From Macrostomum lignano (lineage: Eukaryota): 64,000 nucleotides of DNA. Below are positions 23,171 through 55,547 of this stretch, one piece after another; within the stretch, counting starts at the first letter, position 1, and each line of letters starts with the position of its first letter. The stretch spans positions 89,649 to 153,648 of the forward strand of contig NIVC01000063.1 of the NCBI GenBank assembly GCA_002269645.1. Reading direction: 5' to 3'. A program made the translations under genes and the position numbers. A model generated the notes under the pieces. It saw nothing but the letters and a program-made list of their open reading frames with translations. It had not been told where the DNA came from and did no database searches.

Positions 23171-23439
23171 CATGCACAACACCCCACTAAGCTAGCCAAT
23201 CTAGCTGGCTGGCAAAGAGCCTAGCCAAGGTAAGTTGCATAAATGCCCATTCAAAAATTATAGTCATGATACTAATTAGATGATAAGGCAGGCATTTAGC
23301 CTTAATAATACAGTTAGTTACTCTTGTCATTTACTCAAATTAGCATAATTTTTGCTTAGGTATCTTTCATAGGTAATTTGCATTTTTGGTCAAAATGTAA
23401 GATGCATAGCTAGTATATAACTCAGAGGGAGTGCTCATG
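23171..23439 (+). mobile_element. Degenerate copy of a TA-flanked MITE
   Basis: Ends catgcacaac...gagtgctcatg|ta; interior alignable by eye to the 25049 copy (ggcatttagcctt, agttactc.tgtcattta, gcatttttggtc). Confidence 0.65.
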
Positions 23440-25048
23440 TATCTGTAAGTTTATTCCATATAAAACAATTAGCCTTAAACTTGATATAATTCTTTATTAA
23501 CTTATTATCTATCTAAGTATAAAATCTTACTCTAATTTAATTAAAATTAGGCGCACAATTGGTTACAAGAAAAAGAGCACAAATGGGCAATCACTCTAAT
23601 CAGGAGGTGGCAAATTGTACAAATATATTATAAAATGTAAATTTATAAAGCACACAAGATGCCCATATTGTGGATTGTGTTATATATATGCCAGAAAGTA
23701 TCTGACTATCTAGTAAAGTGCACGCCAATAAAGTATGCCAATTAAGATAGTCTTCTAATTCTAGTAAATTGTATGCCAATTAAAAATGTGTGATTAACAA
23801 GCAAAAAATCTAACAATCAAGCTTAGGCATAGCAAATAATTTACAATAAAAAATTAAATTGAAAACATATATCATTTGAAAAAATGAAAAGAATTGGTAA
23901 AACAGAATAGTTACATTTATTATTGATTAAGGTATATTTCTGAAAGAAAGAAAGAAAAAAACTTTCTATAGTTTTCTTTCTTCTTTCTTTCTATAGTTTT
24001 CAAACAATATACTAAAACTATAGAAAGTTTTAGTATATTGTTTGAAAATCTAATTTATTGTCATGACTTTGCAAATTAACTCTATAGCAAAGATTGTTTA
24101 GCATAATTCATATAATTCAATGCTTTTGTACACTGCATCAAAAGCTTGAACAAGTATAGTTAAGAATTATAAGCTAATGATTGTGCTTGAAGGTTGTATT
24201 TCCTCCTTCAATGCCAAATAAATGCTAGATAAAGCACTTGAACGCCAGATGTATGCTAGCTAAAGTGTTTGTATGCCAGAATTTTCTGGTATATACTATA
24301 CTTTCTGCAATATGGTAAAGATGCTAATGCAGGGGCATAAGTGCCCATTGCTATTATACATCTACATACTTACACTGACATTATACGCATAAGATGCATA
24401 GCGCATGCTGCGTATATACCATGCACCTTATGCGCAAATAGAAATTTCTTTCTCTGTAGCCATGCAGGCAATTTTTCACAAGCATACCAGATACTATTTG
24501 TAAAAAACCCTATTTGCTCCAATGGGAATCTTAGTCAACCTAGTAGAAAAGACTATAATCTACTTTAGTAAGACACTAGTAATAGCTATAATTGTGGTAA
24601 CAAACTAGATTCATAACTATTAATTTAATAATAAATACATCAAATACTTTATTGCCAAAAATAGTTCCATTTTCTAAATAAATATAATTTGTTTAAACTT
24701 TCATTTTGACTTTGTAAAAAAATAAACACACACTAGGTACATTTTTATTAAATATTGAAATAACTAATGAAAAATTAATTAGATTATATTATAATATCAA
24801 GTCACTAACTTAGAGATTCTAGTATATACAATTTTCAGTCATTATAGATAATATTTGGAACATATATAGTTAGAAAATAAAATGGATTGATTAAAACACT
24901 TGAATAATTTCAATATCTTATAATATATAATATAGTTTTTACATCAATCTAAATCTTTCAATATATAAAAGTATAGGCTTATCTTAATTTTTTTCTCTTT
25001 TTTAAAAAGTTTATTTGCTTTTTTAGAATATAATTCTATAAGCATATA

Positions 25049-25293
25049 CATGCGCAACTGCTGGCTGACCTGGCCAATCTGGCCATTGTAAATTGTGGTG
25101 GACCAGGGGAAAGTTGCAAAAATGCCCAGCCTAAATAATACAGACATAGTACTAATTAGATAATGAGGCATTTAGCCTTTATAAGACAGTTATAGTTACT
25201 CCTGTCATTTACCTAAAATTGTATTAGGGTTTCTTTTACAGGTAAGTTGCATTTTTGGTCGCATGGCTAGTATAAATCAGGGGGTTGCGCATG
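25049..25293 (+). mobile_element. 245-bp MITE, Tc1/mariner-like (TIR CATGCGCAAC, TA target)
   Basis: ta|CATGCGCAAC...GTTGCGCATG|ta; related copies at 23171 and 57914. Confidence 0.8.
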
Positions 25294-28200
25294 TATGTAT
25301 AAGCATATTAATCATTATATGCAATTATTCTTATTTGTTACTAGTAGGCCCTATCTATTACTAAAGTAGCTAATATTACCACAATAGCTATTATTGGAAT
25401 GGCTATTACTAAAACAAAATGGACTAGACCTATTAATTTATAGTAGAAAAGGCTTAGTTGGAATTTTTTAAATAAACTAAGCCTATCATAGGTTATCCAA
25501 CTAATATTTTGGTCCATATCTATAATACAGATATGATGATTTTTGAAAAAAAAACAATATAGTTCTATTTTTAATTAACAAACATACATGCCTAACACTC
25601 ATCTGTCTTGTCCAAACTAGACAGGTGAAATGGCTGCTGGCCAAGGTAAGTCACAAAATCAAAAACACAAAAATTTGAAGAAAGGAGAGGAAGAGAAAAG
25701 GAAAAGAAAGGAAGGAAAAGAGAGTGAGGATTGAGGAGAAAGAAGAGAGAGAAAGAGAAAAAGAAGAAAAAAGAAAAAAGCAAGAAAAGTCATATACAAA
25801 ATGAAAATTAAGTCACAATTGGGGCGAACTAAATTGCAATTAAGAGGAACTGAGTTGCAAATCTGGACAAAACTAAGTTGCACCAGACAGGTGAAATTGG
25901 TATTGGACCAAGACCACCACATACCAAGACTGCTATACTTGGGGGATCTAGTAGAGAAATTTGGCTTCATGTTTTATTAGATAGTGCTAGAATTAAAAGG
26001 AGACAAATAGATAGGAAAGCCAATAAGACAAGGCTACAAGAAAGAAACTTATTAAAGGAATTGCAATGCTAGAAAATTGGTAATTCTATCTTAATACTAT
26101 ACCAAAAGCCAATAATAGCTGTGGCAGTCTTAGTATGTGGCAGTTTTAGTCATAGGCCTATGCCATAAAATTGTAAGGTTGGGCATGTATGTTAACAAAG
26201 AAAATTTACTAGAAACTTTTGCTTAATATAACTTTGTATTGATTTAATAGTGCAATTTATTTTTAATTAGTTTCTATTTGGTTTAATGATAAATAAGTAA
26301 GTCTATTACATCTGTCCTATTATATTACCTAGGCCTAGGCTTAATAGAGGTTAGACAATATCTCATAGGCCTATATTTATAAGATTTTTTAGTCTTAAGA
26401 TCTATACTTTTAAAATAATAGAGATTCAATTAATATTCAAGTTAAGTTTAATTGGGATCTAGCCATTTAATAAGCCTTCTTACATTATTCTATCTTATTT
26501 AGCTTAGTAGGCCCTACTAATAATAGATATTATTATTTATTTATTAAATATACATAATGATAATAGGCCTAATAGAGGAAAAAACAATTAATACATAATA
26601 TTAAGCTTGTTAGTAACTTGACATATATCAAATATAAATAATATGATGAAATAATATTAATATTAATATCATCTCATCATAGTCAACATTAGTCACATCA
26701 CATAGTCCTAGATTTTGAGATCTCAAAACCAAGATCAAGATTGAGAAAAGTGCCAAGATCTTGTCTTAACAATTGAGATCAAGATTGAGATCTGGTTTAA
26801 CCCCTACTGACTAGTCTGGGTTTACCCACCAGATTGATAGTCAGACTGTGCTAGAGACAAATCTTTCAAGCCATACCATTCTGCGCCCATTTTAATTAGA
26901 TTTCTAAGAAAATAAGTAAAATTTTAAAATGTGCAACAGTAAAAGATCGCTATTTTTGTTACTACTACTACTGGGCCTACTCATCTCAAGCTTAACTCAA
27001 ATAAGTAATATGCTAGACTCGTTAGGACTCTACGACTACATGGTACAATTTTAAGCCACGTCTTATTGGGTCAGCCCCCCTAGCCACATCTAAAAAAGAT
27101 AGGCCTAAGCAGACAAATTTTCAAAACACGACTCTATTGAAGGCGGATATTGAAGATTTTCTATAAGAAACAACTTTGCTGCATCTAGTCGTAGTTACAG
27201 AAGCGATCAAAATCCATCTAAAATGTAATCTAGACTCTAGACTAAATTCAAGATCTAAACAAGACGAAAAGTACAAAATCAAGTCCTAGACTAGGTCAAG
27301 GTGTCAAACAGACAAAACTAACTTCACATGACAGTGTTGAATATAGACCTACTGGTACTTTTTTGTGCCTCGCTTTTGTCAATAGGTGATATCTACTTTT
27401 AGCTGAGGTAGGTGTAAGATGATATACCAAAACTAATTAATATAATTTCATAACTAATACACGTTTTAAAATTATGCTGAAATACTTTTGTTCAAATAAA
27501 AGCATGAATGCTGGGTAAAACAAAGTAGAAACTTTTCTTTAAAGGTAATTTGTGATGCATATTGTTTTTTGTTTTGTTTCTTTTTTTAAAACATTAATTA
27601 TTAAAGCAGTTGCATTTTATTAAAAACGAAAAAATAAACATTTTCACATTTGTATTAGCGTCATGGAACTTTTAATCGTTTAAAATCAAGGCACTTTTAC
27701 GATTTTATCGAAAATCAATTCTTAATCTTAGCTTAGCTAATTACTATCTGACTAAATTACAAGGAAAAAACCTACATATTTTTAAAAAAATTCTTGTATG
27801 GTTAATTCTATATGTCTGTTTAAAAGCTTATTTCATTTACATGCACCACAGTAGCTAGTGACTAGTGTTGTCAGTTGTCTACAACATAAACGACTACCCG
27901 TCCCTGGGCTGTTGCTGCTGTATGGTGTTCTGTACCCAGAATGGTTTTATAAAAAAACCACTTGACACAGCTTCAATGTGTTTTACTTGCTCGTAACTAG
28001 ACCTAATTTGATATGATAGGCCTGTAGGCTAGGCTATGAGTATGTATGTCATCAATTAATATAACTTTAAACTTTTTAATCATTTATTAGGTGCACTTTG
28101 TATTTATTATACAATTTAGTCTAAGTATGGTTTTATGTTATGTTTTTTAATTAATAATTAGTATATTACTTTTTTATTCATATTATAAGCTATAATTATC

Positions 28201-29685
28201 TTATAATTTAATACTTATACTTATAGACCTATTTGTATTAATTTAATTTTTAAAATGACTATAGCTAAATAGAGAACAAGAGTGAGAATGCAAGAGCTAA
28301 TGCTCAAACCAAGGTATAAAAACCCTTAGCAAGTAGAAGAGGAGGGCTATTGTAAACAAAAGAATAGAAAGAATATAATGCACATTCCCCACAAATACCA
28401 TTTATTTACAAAAGTGCAAAAGTATACCCTCTAGTAGAGCCTCGTAGGGTAACTAAAGCTTGTTTGCAAATTGGTCATTGGTGCGCCTTAATGCAAACTG
28501 AGGCATCTATAGCTTTTTTCTAAGAATAAGAACATTGAAAAATATAATTAAAAATACCAATTATGTATGCATCTTAGACAAAACTTAAGGTTTAGATTGA
28601 AATGAATACAATATATTATTGAATAACTAAAGAGTGATTATAGGAAGTATTTTACTTTTACTTTATTAAAACAACTTTTTTCCATTTTTCTTTTTCTAGA
28701 ATATATAAGTAATTTAGTTTAGGGGTTTTTATAATTTAATTTTTTGATTTAGATGATAAATCATTAGGGGCAAAAAGACAAAAAGTTTATGTCTATATTT
28801 TAGAAAAAAATATCTTAATTGTATTTTTATAGGTCTTTAATTATAGGTTTTCTAGAAAGAAAAAGCTAACCCCTTCTTTTTTCTTTATAATTAAAAATAA
28901 AATTATTTTTAAAGTATATAGTATAATATATCAAAGAAATTATCTAATCAGTTTATTGATACAAAAACAAAGCAATAATTTAATAAAGATTAAAGAAGAA
29001 GATTGAAGGTTCAATTCCCAATTCTATTAGAACAATTTATGTCCTTGAGCAAGACATTTCACAATAATTTACTCTACATTGCTTTAGTTCACCTAACTAT
29101 AAAATGGGTAACAATATTAGCTAGGATAATTGAGGATATATGGGCACCCTATAGTCCCTAGACTAAACAGCCATATGCAGCCTTCCTATGCACTACTCAA
29201 TAACTGTAGCTAAACTATTAATTGCATATCTGGCCTAATTACATATCCACTTGTAAAAGCAGAGTTGATTAAGCACAAGCATAGCTTATTGTAAATCTTA
29301 AATAATAATCAATAAGGATTAATTTAATAGCAAGAAATCATCTATGCATGATTGAACTTGATGCTTCCTTTTTTCTTATCTACTACATGCTTGTTTCATA
29401 TGCTAAGAATAAAATGCTTAATAAGTCTATCTGAACTGCCAGCCATAGGCCATGCACATGTCAAGTAATTGAAGAAATTATTATTATATATGAATTTTCA
29501 AGCAAGCCACCTCACCTTGCTGTATTGGCCCAATTTGCAGAAATACTGTGCTTAAATCTTGAACGTGGAACTTGTAGTGTGAGAAACCTGTCACCTGCAC
29601 ACTTGGCCCCCCCCATACTCACCCTCCCTTACTGGCATTATCGAATCTCTTTAAATCGGCGCCCACTCTGCTAAAACCAGCTGCA

Positions 29686-47913
<18,228 letters not shown>

Positions 47914-49450
47914 AAGATGCAGCTTTGCAGTGGTTTCGTTTTTTGGCAACAACAATTATTGAAAAATACAAAATTTTATAGCTTCAATTACAATGTTGAT
48001 TATTTACCAATTTTCATAGGGATTTCTCTAGTAATATTTTATATCATTTAATGGCGTGATATTCTGATTTCTTTATCATCATGACATTTGATTATACATA
48101 ACGCGAGACTTTACTTGTATCATTTAGTAGCTGTCACCTTGTGATGTTATCAATGTTTACGCGTCATCAAAGTAAATGGATTTTACTACGTTTGGCAAAT
48201 TTTAACCATATCATTATAAATTGATCAGCTATTATCCACAGTTATTTTGCTTTCGCGGACCTATGTATTAACTGTATGAAGCAAATTATAGAACTAAAAT
48301 CTCTTACCTACTTCAAGTAACATAGATAGTTTTCGAATTTCAAAAAACATTCAAAAGTCGGCGAAAGTTTAGAACCCTGATTCATACATTATATGTGGGT
48401 GTCTGCATTGTATGTAGATAATTTATAGACATATATTTATTAGATTATTATAACCGCTTTCTGCTAAGGTTAACCTGCATTCTTCATAGCTGCCTGTCCT
48501 TATTGGCATCACTGTTTGACATTATTTATCGTATCGTATTTACTATTTAACGTTTTTGTCGGAAAATGTGCATAAAAAACTTTTAAACTACTGAGTTGCA
48601 CTTTATAGATAATAGTAGTATTCATAGCGTTTTATTGCTTCTCGGGCATCGCTTTTCATCAAAGCTACTGTGTTATTAACGATTAGGATAGCTTTTTCAA
48701 CCCCCATTTGTTAATGAGTTTATTGTTTACTTAAACGTTATTTGTCAGCTTAGAACAATTTATTACAGTAAGCAAAATGCTCGCTTTTTTGCTTAGACGA
48801 TGCTTCACGCGTTTTATCGCCGTACACGTTGCACTACTTGCAGCTGTCTGCTTTCAGTAGTACTGCAGGGGTATGTGTTACTTATTTTTCATGCATTAGT
48901 TTGTATTGTATCAGCTTCCTCAGGCTATGTTGTTTGTGCCGTATAAATTTATATCGTTTTTAAAACAACTATTTTATTCATAAAAAAACTTGTTGCGCCG
49001 TCATGTATAACAAAAAAGACAAATAGATCTATTCAAAATCATCTCTTTTAAATGCGTATTTTTTCTCCTTTTTTGGATGCTAGATTTAAACAAAAATTCT
49101 TTTGTCCCACATTACAGTTTTTGTTTTGTTAACATTTTGGATGCTGGATTTCAATTTTCAAACTTGTTCCGCATAGGCATAGGCTAATTGTGTTCTTTCT
49201 CTTCGTAGCTTTTTAACTGTCATAGCCACCATATTTTCGTCAGTTACACAAACTGCCTGCATTGTAAATTTGTACGAAAATGACGTACAAAAGATCGAAA
49301 ATATATCACTTCTGTAGTAGTGCCAGTAGTCTGCCGAGCGTTTTTTGTCCGCTTTGCCTAAGCGTTAGAATGAAAAAGTTGATCTGAGAATCAATTATTT
49401 GTGTTATCGTTAAGCTTCAGTCATTTTACGAGTCACTAAGCATTTCGCCG

Positions 49451-50512
49451 TTGGCTCAGCCTGAGGATTGGGTGGCTGGTGGCTCAGCCTGAAGATTTGA
49501 GGGGCTGTTGGCTCAGTCTGAAGATTGGGTGGCTGGTGGCTCAGCCTAAAGATTGGGTGGCTGGTGGCTCAGTCTGAAGATTGGGTGGCTGGTGGCTCAG
49601 CCTAAAGATTGGGTGGCTGGTGGCTCAGCCTGATGATTGGGTGGCTGGTGGCTCAGCCTGAAGATTGGGTGGCTGGTGGCTCAGCCTGAGGATTGGGTGG
49701 CTGGTGGCTCAGCCTGAGGATTGGGTGGCTGGTGGCTCAGCCTGAGGATTGGGTGGCTGGTGGCCCAGCCTGAAGATTGGGTGGCTGGTGGCCCAGCCTG
49801 AGGATTGGGTGGCTCAGCCTGAGGATTGGGTGGCTGGTGGCCCAGCCTGAGGATTGGGTGGCTGGTGGCCCAGCCTGAAGATTGGGTGGCTGGTGGCTCA
49901 GCCTGAGGATTGGGTGGCTGGTGGCTCAGCCTGAGGATTGGGTGGCTGGTGGCTCAGCCTGAGGATTGGGTGGCTGGTGGCTCAGCCTAAGGATTGGGTG
50001 GCTCAGCCTGAGGATTGGGTGGCTCAGCCTGAGGATTGGGAGGCTGGTGGCTCAGCCTGAATATTGGGTGGCTGGTGACTCAGCCTGAGGATTGGGTGGC
50101 TGGTGGCTCAGCCTGAGGATTGGGAGGCTGGTGGCTCAGCCTGAGGATTGGGTGGCTCAGCCTGAGGATTGGGTGGCTGGTGGCCCAGCCTGAGGATTGG
50201 GTGGCTGGTGGCTCAGCCTGAGGATTGGGTGGCTGGTGCCTCAGCCTGAAGATTGGGTGGCTGGTGGCCCAGCCTGAGGATTGGGTGGCTGGTGGCTCAG
50301 CCTGAGGATTGGGTGGCTGGTGCCTCAGCCTGAAGATTGGGTGGCTGGTGGCCCAGCCTGAGGATTGGGTGGCTGGTGGCTCAGCCTGAGGATTGGGTGG
50401 CTCAGCCTGAAGATTTAAGGGGCTGTTGGCTCAGCCTGAGTATTGGGTGGCTCAGCCTGAAGATTGGGTGGCTCAGCCTGAAGATTGGGTGGCTGCCTGG
50501 CTGGTGGCCCAG
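49451..50512. repeat. 28-bp minisatellite (ggctggtggctcagcctgaggattgggt) with 21-bp short units
   Basis: Between the convergent ADCY9 and CNOT4 3' ends. Confidence 0.95.
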
Positions 50513-51026
50513 CATTTAAATAAACACGCAGACTGTAAAATAACAAACACAAGAGCAAAATATTGCAGCAAATTGTTAATTAGTTTTGTTAAACTTTCGA
50601 GGAGCAGCTCAGCACATGTCGGACGCACAGTAGACTGGCTCCAGGGGATCGAGAAAGTTTGCGCAGCACAGCAGCACAGCGCCATCCAGTTTATTTTTTA
50701 AAAGGGGGGAATATTATGATACTTTGCTTTTGAAATCTTAAACGACCTGGTGGGGCTCCTGCAAGTGCGGTGTGGGTTTGCGTCTGTCTGATTCGTGTGT
50801 CTCAGTGCCAGATAGTAAAGTTTATTCATCTATAAATTAAATAAATTTCTGCTAAAAGATTTCCTGCACTATGGTCTAGCTAGCATTTATTCAAGCTTGG
50901 CATTCTAAACATCATTAGTGAGCATTGGAGACTGCGTTGAGCTTAAAAGGCTCATTCACACCGCCATCAAATATGGCCAAATTCCGTGTGACCACACCAC
51001 TTGTGCAGCAACTGTCATTCTTTGGT

Positions 51027-51306
<280 letters not shown>

Positions 51307-51855
51307 TTGAGCTTACAATAATTCAGCATCAAACACTCGCAGTTCATTAATAAAGTTTCTCAACATTCAGCCACCCCAAAAGCTCGCCGCAGACACCAAT
51401 CACTAGTGGTGCTAAAGAAAACCTTAAATAGAGAATTTGTCAACGATGCGACAAGGAGCCCAGGATATTGGCACTGGAAATTATTAAACTGATCGCCCAA
51501 TCTGCTTAAAGGTCCTACAGCACTCGAGACGAATAACAAACCACAATGACAGAGGACAGATAGACTTTAATTTTGGAAAAAAAGAAATACTCTGCTACAA
51601 TTTCTAACCGCTTAAATAATGATAATCGACAATACGCTCCTTAATAACAATGCAGTTTTTGTTAAAACAATAATTCGGTGCTTGCTGTTCTTTGAAGAAG
51701 AAAACTCGCACAGACAGGAGAGAATATTGTTTCACCATCAGCGACAACAACAACAGTTTAGTACTAATAGTAGTTGCTAGACAAAGAAACCCCCCCTTTA
51801 CGTTTTAGCTTGGTAATTGAATCAATGAGTCATCGCCATCCAGTTTTTTTAGTTG

Positions 51856-54800
51856 TCAAGCGGTTCTAAAAAAACTGGCGGCGTGCTCTGTTGACGGCTG
51901 CTGCTGCTGCTGTTGAGACGACTGGTCGTCGATTGTGAATGGCGACAGACGGGGCCAAACTGGGTCGCCGCCCAGGCCGCCAAACAGGCGACTGCCGCCG
52001 AACACGCCTCCGCCACCGCCATTGCTGCTGTAGAAACTGCTGCCGCTGCTGCTGCTACCGCCAAATAATTGCTGCTGTTGTTGTTGCTGCTGTTCCTGCT
52101 GAAGCCTCTGATGGCTCGACACGATGGCCGGGTCCGACCAGAGACCAGGCGGCGGCAGCGGATTCAGCGCCGACGCTTTAGAAGCGGCAACTGGCGAGGA
52201 AATCACGCCAGTGCCAGACATTGGCGAACTGGCACTGGGCACGAATCGGTGCCCGCCGCCAACAGCAGACGATAGAGACTGGGGCGGCCGACCGGACCCG
52301 ATGTAGCCAAACATTGAAGTTGGCGCCGCTGAAGCTGGCGAGCCGGCGCCGGGAGCGAACAGAGCGCTTTGATTATTAGAAGCTGCCTGACCCTCGTAGC
52401 TAATATTAGCATTGGGAAATAAACTTCTCAACGTCTGCGCTAAATGACGAACATCAGTTTCTAGCGATGGCTGTTGCTGCTGCTGCTGAAGATGAAATAA
52501 CCCCGGCGGCGGTGCCAATGTTGAGGAGGACGCTGGAACCCGACTAACCTGCTGGTGCTGCTGCTGAAGATGATTCTGGTGCTGCGGTGAGGACAGGCCA
52601 GGCTGATGATGCTGATAAAAGCCAGGCGGGGCCTGATGATGCTGCTGGTGCATAGCCTTCTGCTGCTGTTCGTATTGCAGGCACTCGCTTAATCCCCTCT
52701 GCGACTCGCTAAACGGATCAAAGTCCAAATCGTCGCAAGAGAAAGCTGTCGCTGGTGCCGGCGCTGCTGTAGCCCCTACTCTCAATGATGATGGAGATGA
52801 TGAAGAGCCCGGAGCAGCTGAGCCGGATCCCACAGCCAGACTGGTTGAAGGCGGCGGAGGAGCCGGCGCCAGAGACAGATGCTTTGGCGACGCTGGCGAA
52901 GCCGCGTGTGACGAAGGCAGCGGCGCTGGAACGATCGACCCCAAAGAGGCTGCGCCATTGAACGAATAGCCGCCCAAGCCGCCGCCAATACCGCCAAATA
53001 TCTGATGGGGAAGGTGCTGCATAGAACTACTAACAGTAGTAGCTGATTCAGAAACCACCGCAACAGACGAAGTTACTGATGATGAAGAAGGGGGAGCTAT
53101 AGCTGTGGAACCTGCTGACACTGGTGATTCTCCTCTGGTTCGCTGGCTCTGCTGTTGCTGATGCCTATGAGCCTGAGAAGTGTCCTGAGTACTGCTGGAA
53201 ACATGCCTAGGCTGTGGATGAGGAGCCTGCTGCTGTTGCTTGCCAGTTTTCTCGCCGCCATTTGAACCGCCACAGGCTGCCGCTGCCGCGGCGGCAGCTG
53301 CTTTTTTCGAAGCTTTCTTGCTGGATTTGCTTGAAGTAGCGCCGCCGCCGCCGCCGCCACCAGAAGCGGCAGCGCCAGCTCCGGATGATGACGTCCCGGA
53401 GGCTGCAGCGGCAGCATTGGCCGCCTGCTTCTGATTATGATTGGCTGAGCTTTTCTTTTGATTACTTAGAAATTGCTGCACCAATCGCTCCTCAAACTCG
53501 TTGTGCTTGCCGGCGTTCATTTCTTCTTTAGTAAAACTGGCATTGGGATCGCCAAGTTCGTGCAGGTACATGCAGTCAGGCTTAGGACACGTGTGACCCT
53601 TCAAATACGAGCTGCAATACTTAGTAGTGCCTAGCGACGCTTTCAACATCCGCCTATCAATCTCTGTATTGCGCAAGTCCAACAGAGCTCGAATAGCGTC
53701 CTCAGATTTATAAAAGGTCACGTAGGCGCCAAACGAAGCCTGACTGTTGGACCCGCCGCCGCCGACATTGGTTGGCCTGGACAGGGCGATCTTGTACACC
53801 CGGCCGTACTTACCGAAGTACTCGGCGCCGCGAAGCACGTCGGCGTCAGCTAGACGAGCTGGTAGGCCGATGACAAACACCAGATTGTGTTGGACAACTC
53901 GGACTTCGTTTAGCGATCGCTTATTAACATTGTCAGTTGTTTTCTGTTGCTGTTTGCGAGCCTGCTCCTTCATTTTCTTAGTTCTGCGAATCTTCATTAT
54001 TCTGAAATTGACGCAGATTGTCAACGTTTGGATAGCGATTTATAATCTACAACAAGACAAAAATAAAAATTCAAGTATCGATTCCGATTCAATTCTTAAA
54101 TAGCGCTTTAGATCCCTAAATCTCACGGTTCAGATTCTGAATCTCGTGATTTAGGTCAGAAATCTCACGATTAAGATTCTGAATCTCGTGATTTAGGTCA
54201 GAAACCTCACGATTAAGATTCTGAATCTCGTGATTTAGATCAGAAATCTCACGATTCAGATTCAGAATCTTGTGATTTAGGTCAGAAATCTCTGGATTAA
54301 GATTTTGAATCTCATGATTTAGGTCGAAATCTAACGATTAAGATTCTTAGTGTCACGATTTAGGTCAGACATCTCAAGGTTCAGATTCTGAATCTCGTGA
54401 TTTAGGTCAGAAATCTCTGGATTAAGATTCTGAATCTCATGATTTAGGTTAGAAATCTCTGGATTAAGATTCTGAATCTCGTGATTTAGGTCAGAAATCT
54501 CTGGATTAAGATTCTGAATCTCATGATTTAGGTTAGAAATTTCTGGATTAAGATTCTGAATCTCGTGATTTAGGTCAGAAATTTCTGGATTAAGATTCTG
54601 AATCTCGTGATTTAGGTCAGAAATCTCTGGATTAAGATTCTGAATCTCATGATTTAGGTTAGAAATTTCTGGATTAAGATTCTGAATCTCGTGATTTAGG
54701 TCAGAAATTTCTGGATTAAGATTCTGAATCTCGTGATTTAGGTCAGAAATCTCTGGATTAAGATTCTGAATCTCATGATTTAGGTTAGAAATCTCTGGAT

Positions 54801-55547
54801 TAAGATTCTGAATCTCATGATTTAGGTCAGAAATCTAACGATTAAGATTCTGAATCTCGTGATTTAGGTCAGAAATTTCTGGATTAAGATTCTGAATGTC
54901 ACGACTTAGGTCAGACATCTCACGATTCAGATTTTGAATCTCATGATTTAGGTTAGAAATCTCTGGATTAAGATTCTGAATCTCATGATTTAGGTCAGAA
55001 ATGTCCCGATTCAGATTCTAAATCTTCAAGATTAAGATTCCAAGCTCATCAGGATTCGCATTGGCGCTCTCACAACTGTGACCCCCAATTCTCAATAACA
55101 AGATTCTGATAGGGATAAACTGCGCCTAAAAAAGACAACAAATTAGTCACGTTGAAAACTGACTTACTCTTCCTCCGTCAATGGTTTAAATGACGCCGGC
55201 TGCTCTGAATTGTACGCCTGATTGGGACAATTACAAGCAGTAGTTTTTTTACAATTTAATAACCTGAATGCCGAGTAATCAAAAATATCGATTAAACTGC
55301 TTACATTCCGACAAGCTGGACAAAGACCATTCCCTTCGTCTAAGATTTTAGTCCAACAGAATCGACAGATCTGACAAATGTATAGAATAGTTTGCAATAT
55401 AAATTTAACTACAAAATATTAGACACACTGGGCAGGTTGGTTACAACAAATTACCTGATACTCGCATGGACACGGATAGAACGCCAGATCATCAAAATCT
55501 AAGGGTTCCATGCACAGCGGACACTCTGATTGGTCATCGTCGGCCAT
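51856..55547 (-). CDS. CNOT4: CCR4-NOT subunit 4, E3 ubiquitin ligase
   Basis: Exons 55455-55547 (in-frame alternative ATG at 55556), 55305-55370, 55168-55217, 51856-54001, all phase-consistent. C4C4 RING (CPLC..CPCEYQICRFC..CPAC), coiled coil, RRM (VRVVQHNLVFVIGL..YFGKYG), C3H1 finger (TTKYCSSYLKGHTCPKPDCMYLHE) and CAF40-binding-type motif DDLDFDPF. Confidence 0.95.
54118..55030. repeat. 42-bp intronic minisatellite made of two diverged 21-mers (gattaagattctgaatctcgtgatttaggtcagaaatctctg)
   Basis: About 21 units in CNOT4 intron 3. Confidence 0.95.

Noticed and set aside
49451-50512. Dozens of perfect E. coli Chi sites (GCTGGTGG)
   Set aside because: One chance octamer amplified by the tandem repeat; RecBCD Chi has no known role in an animal genome.
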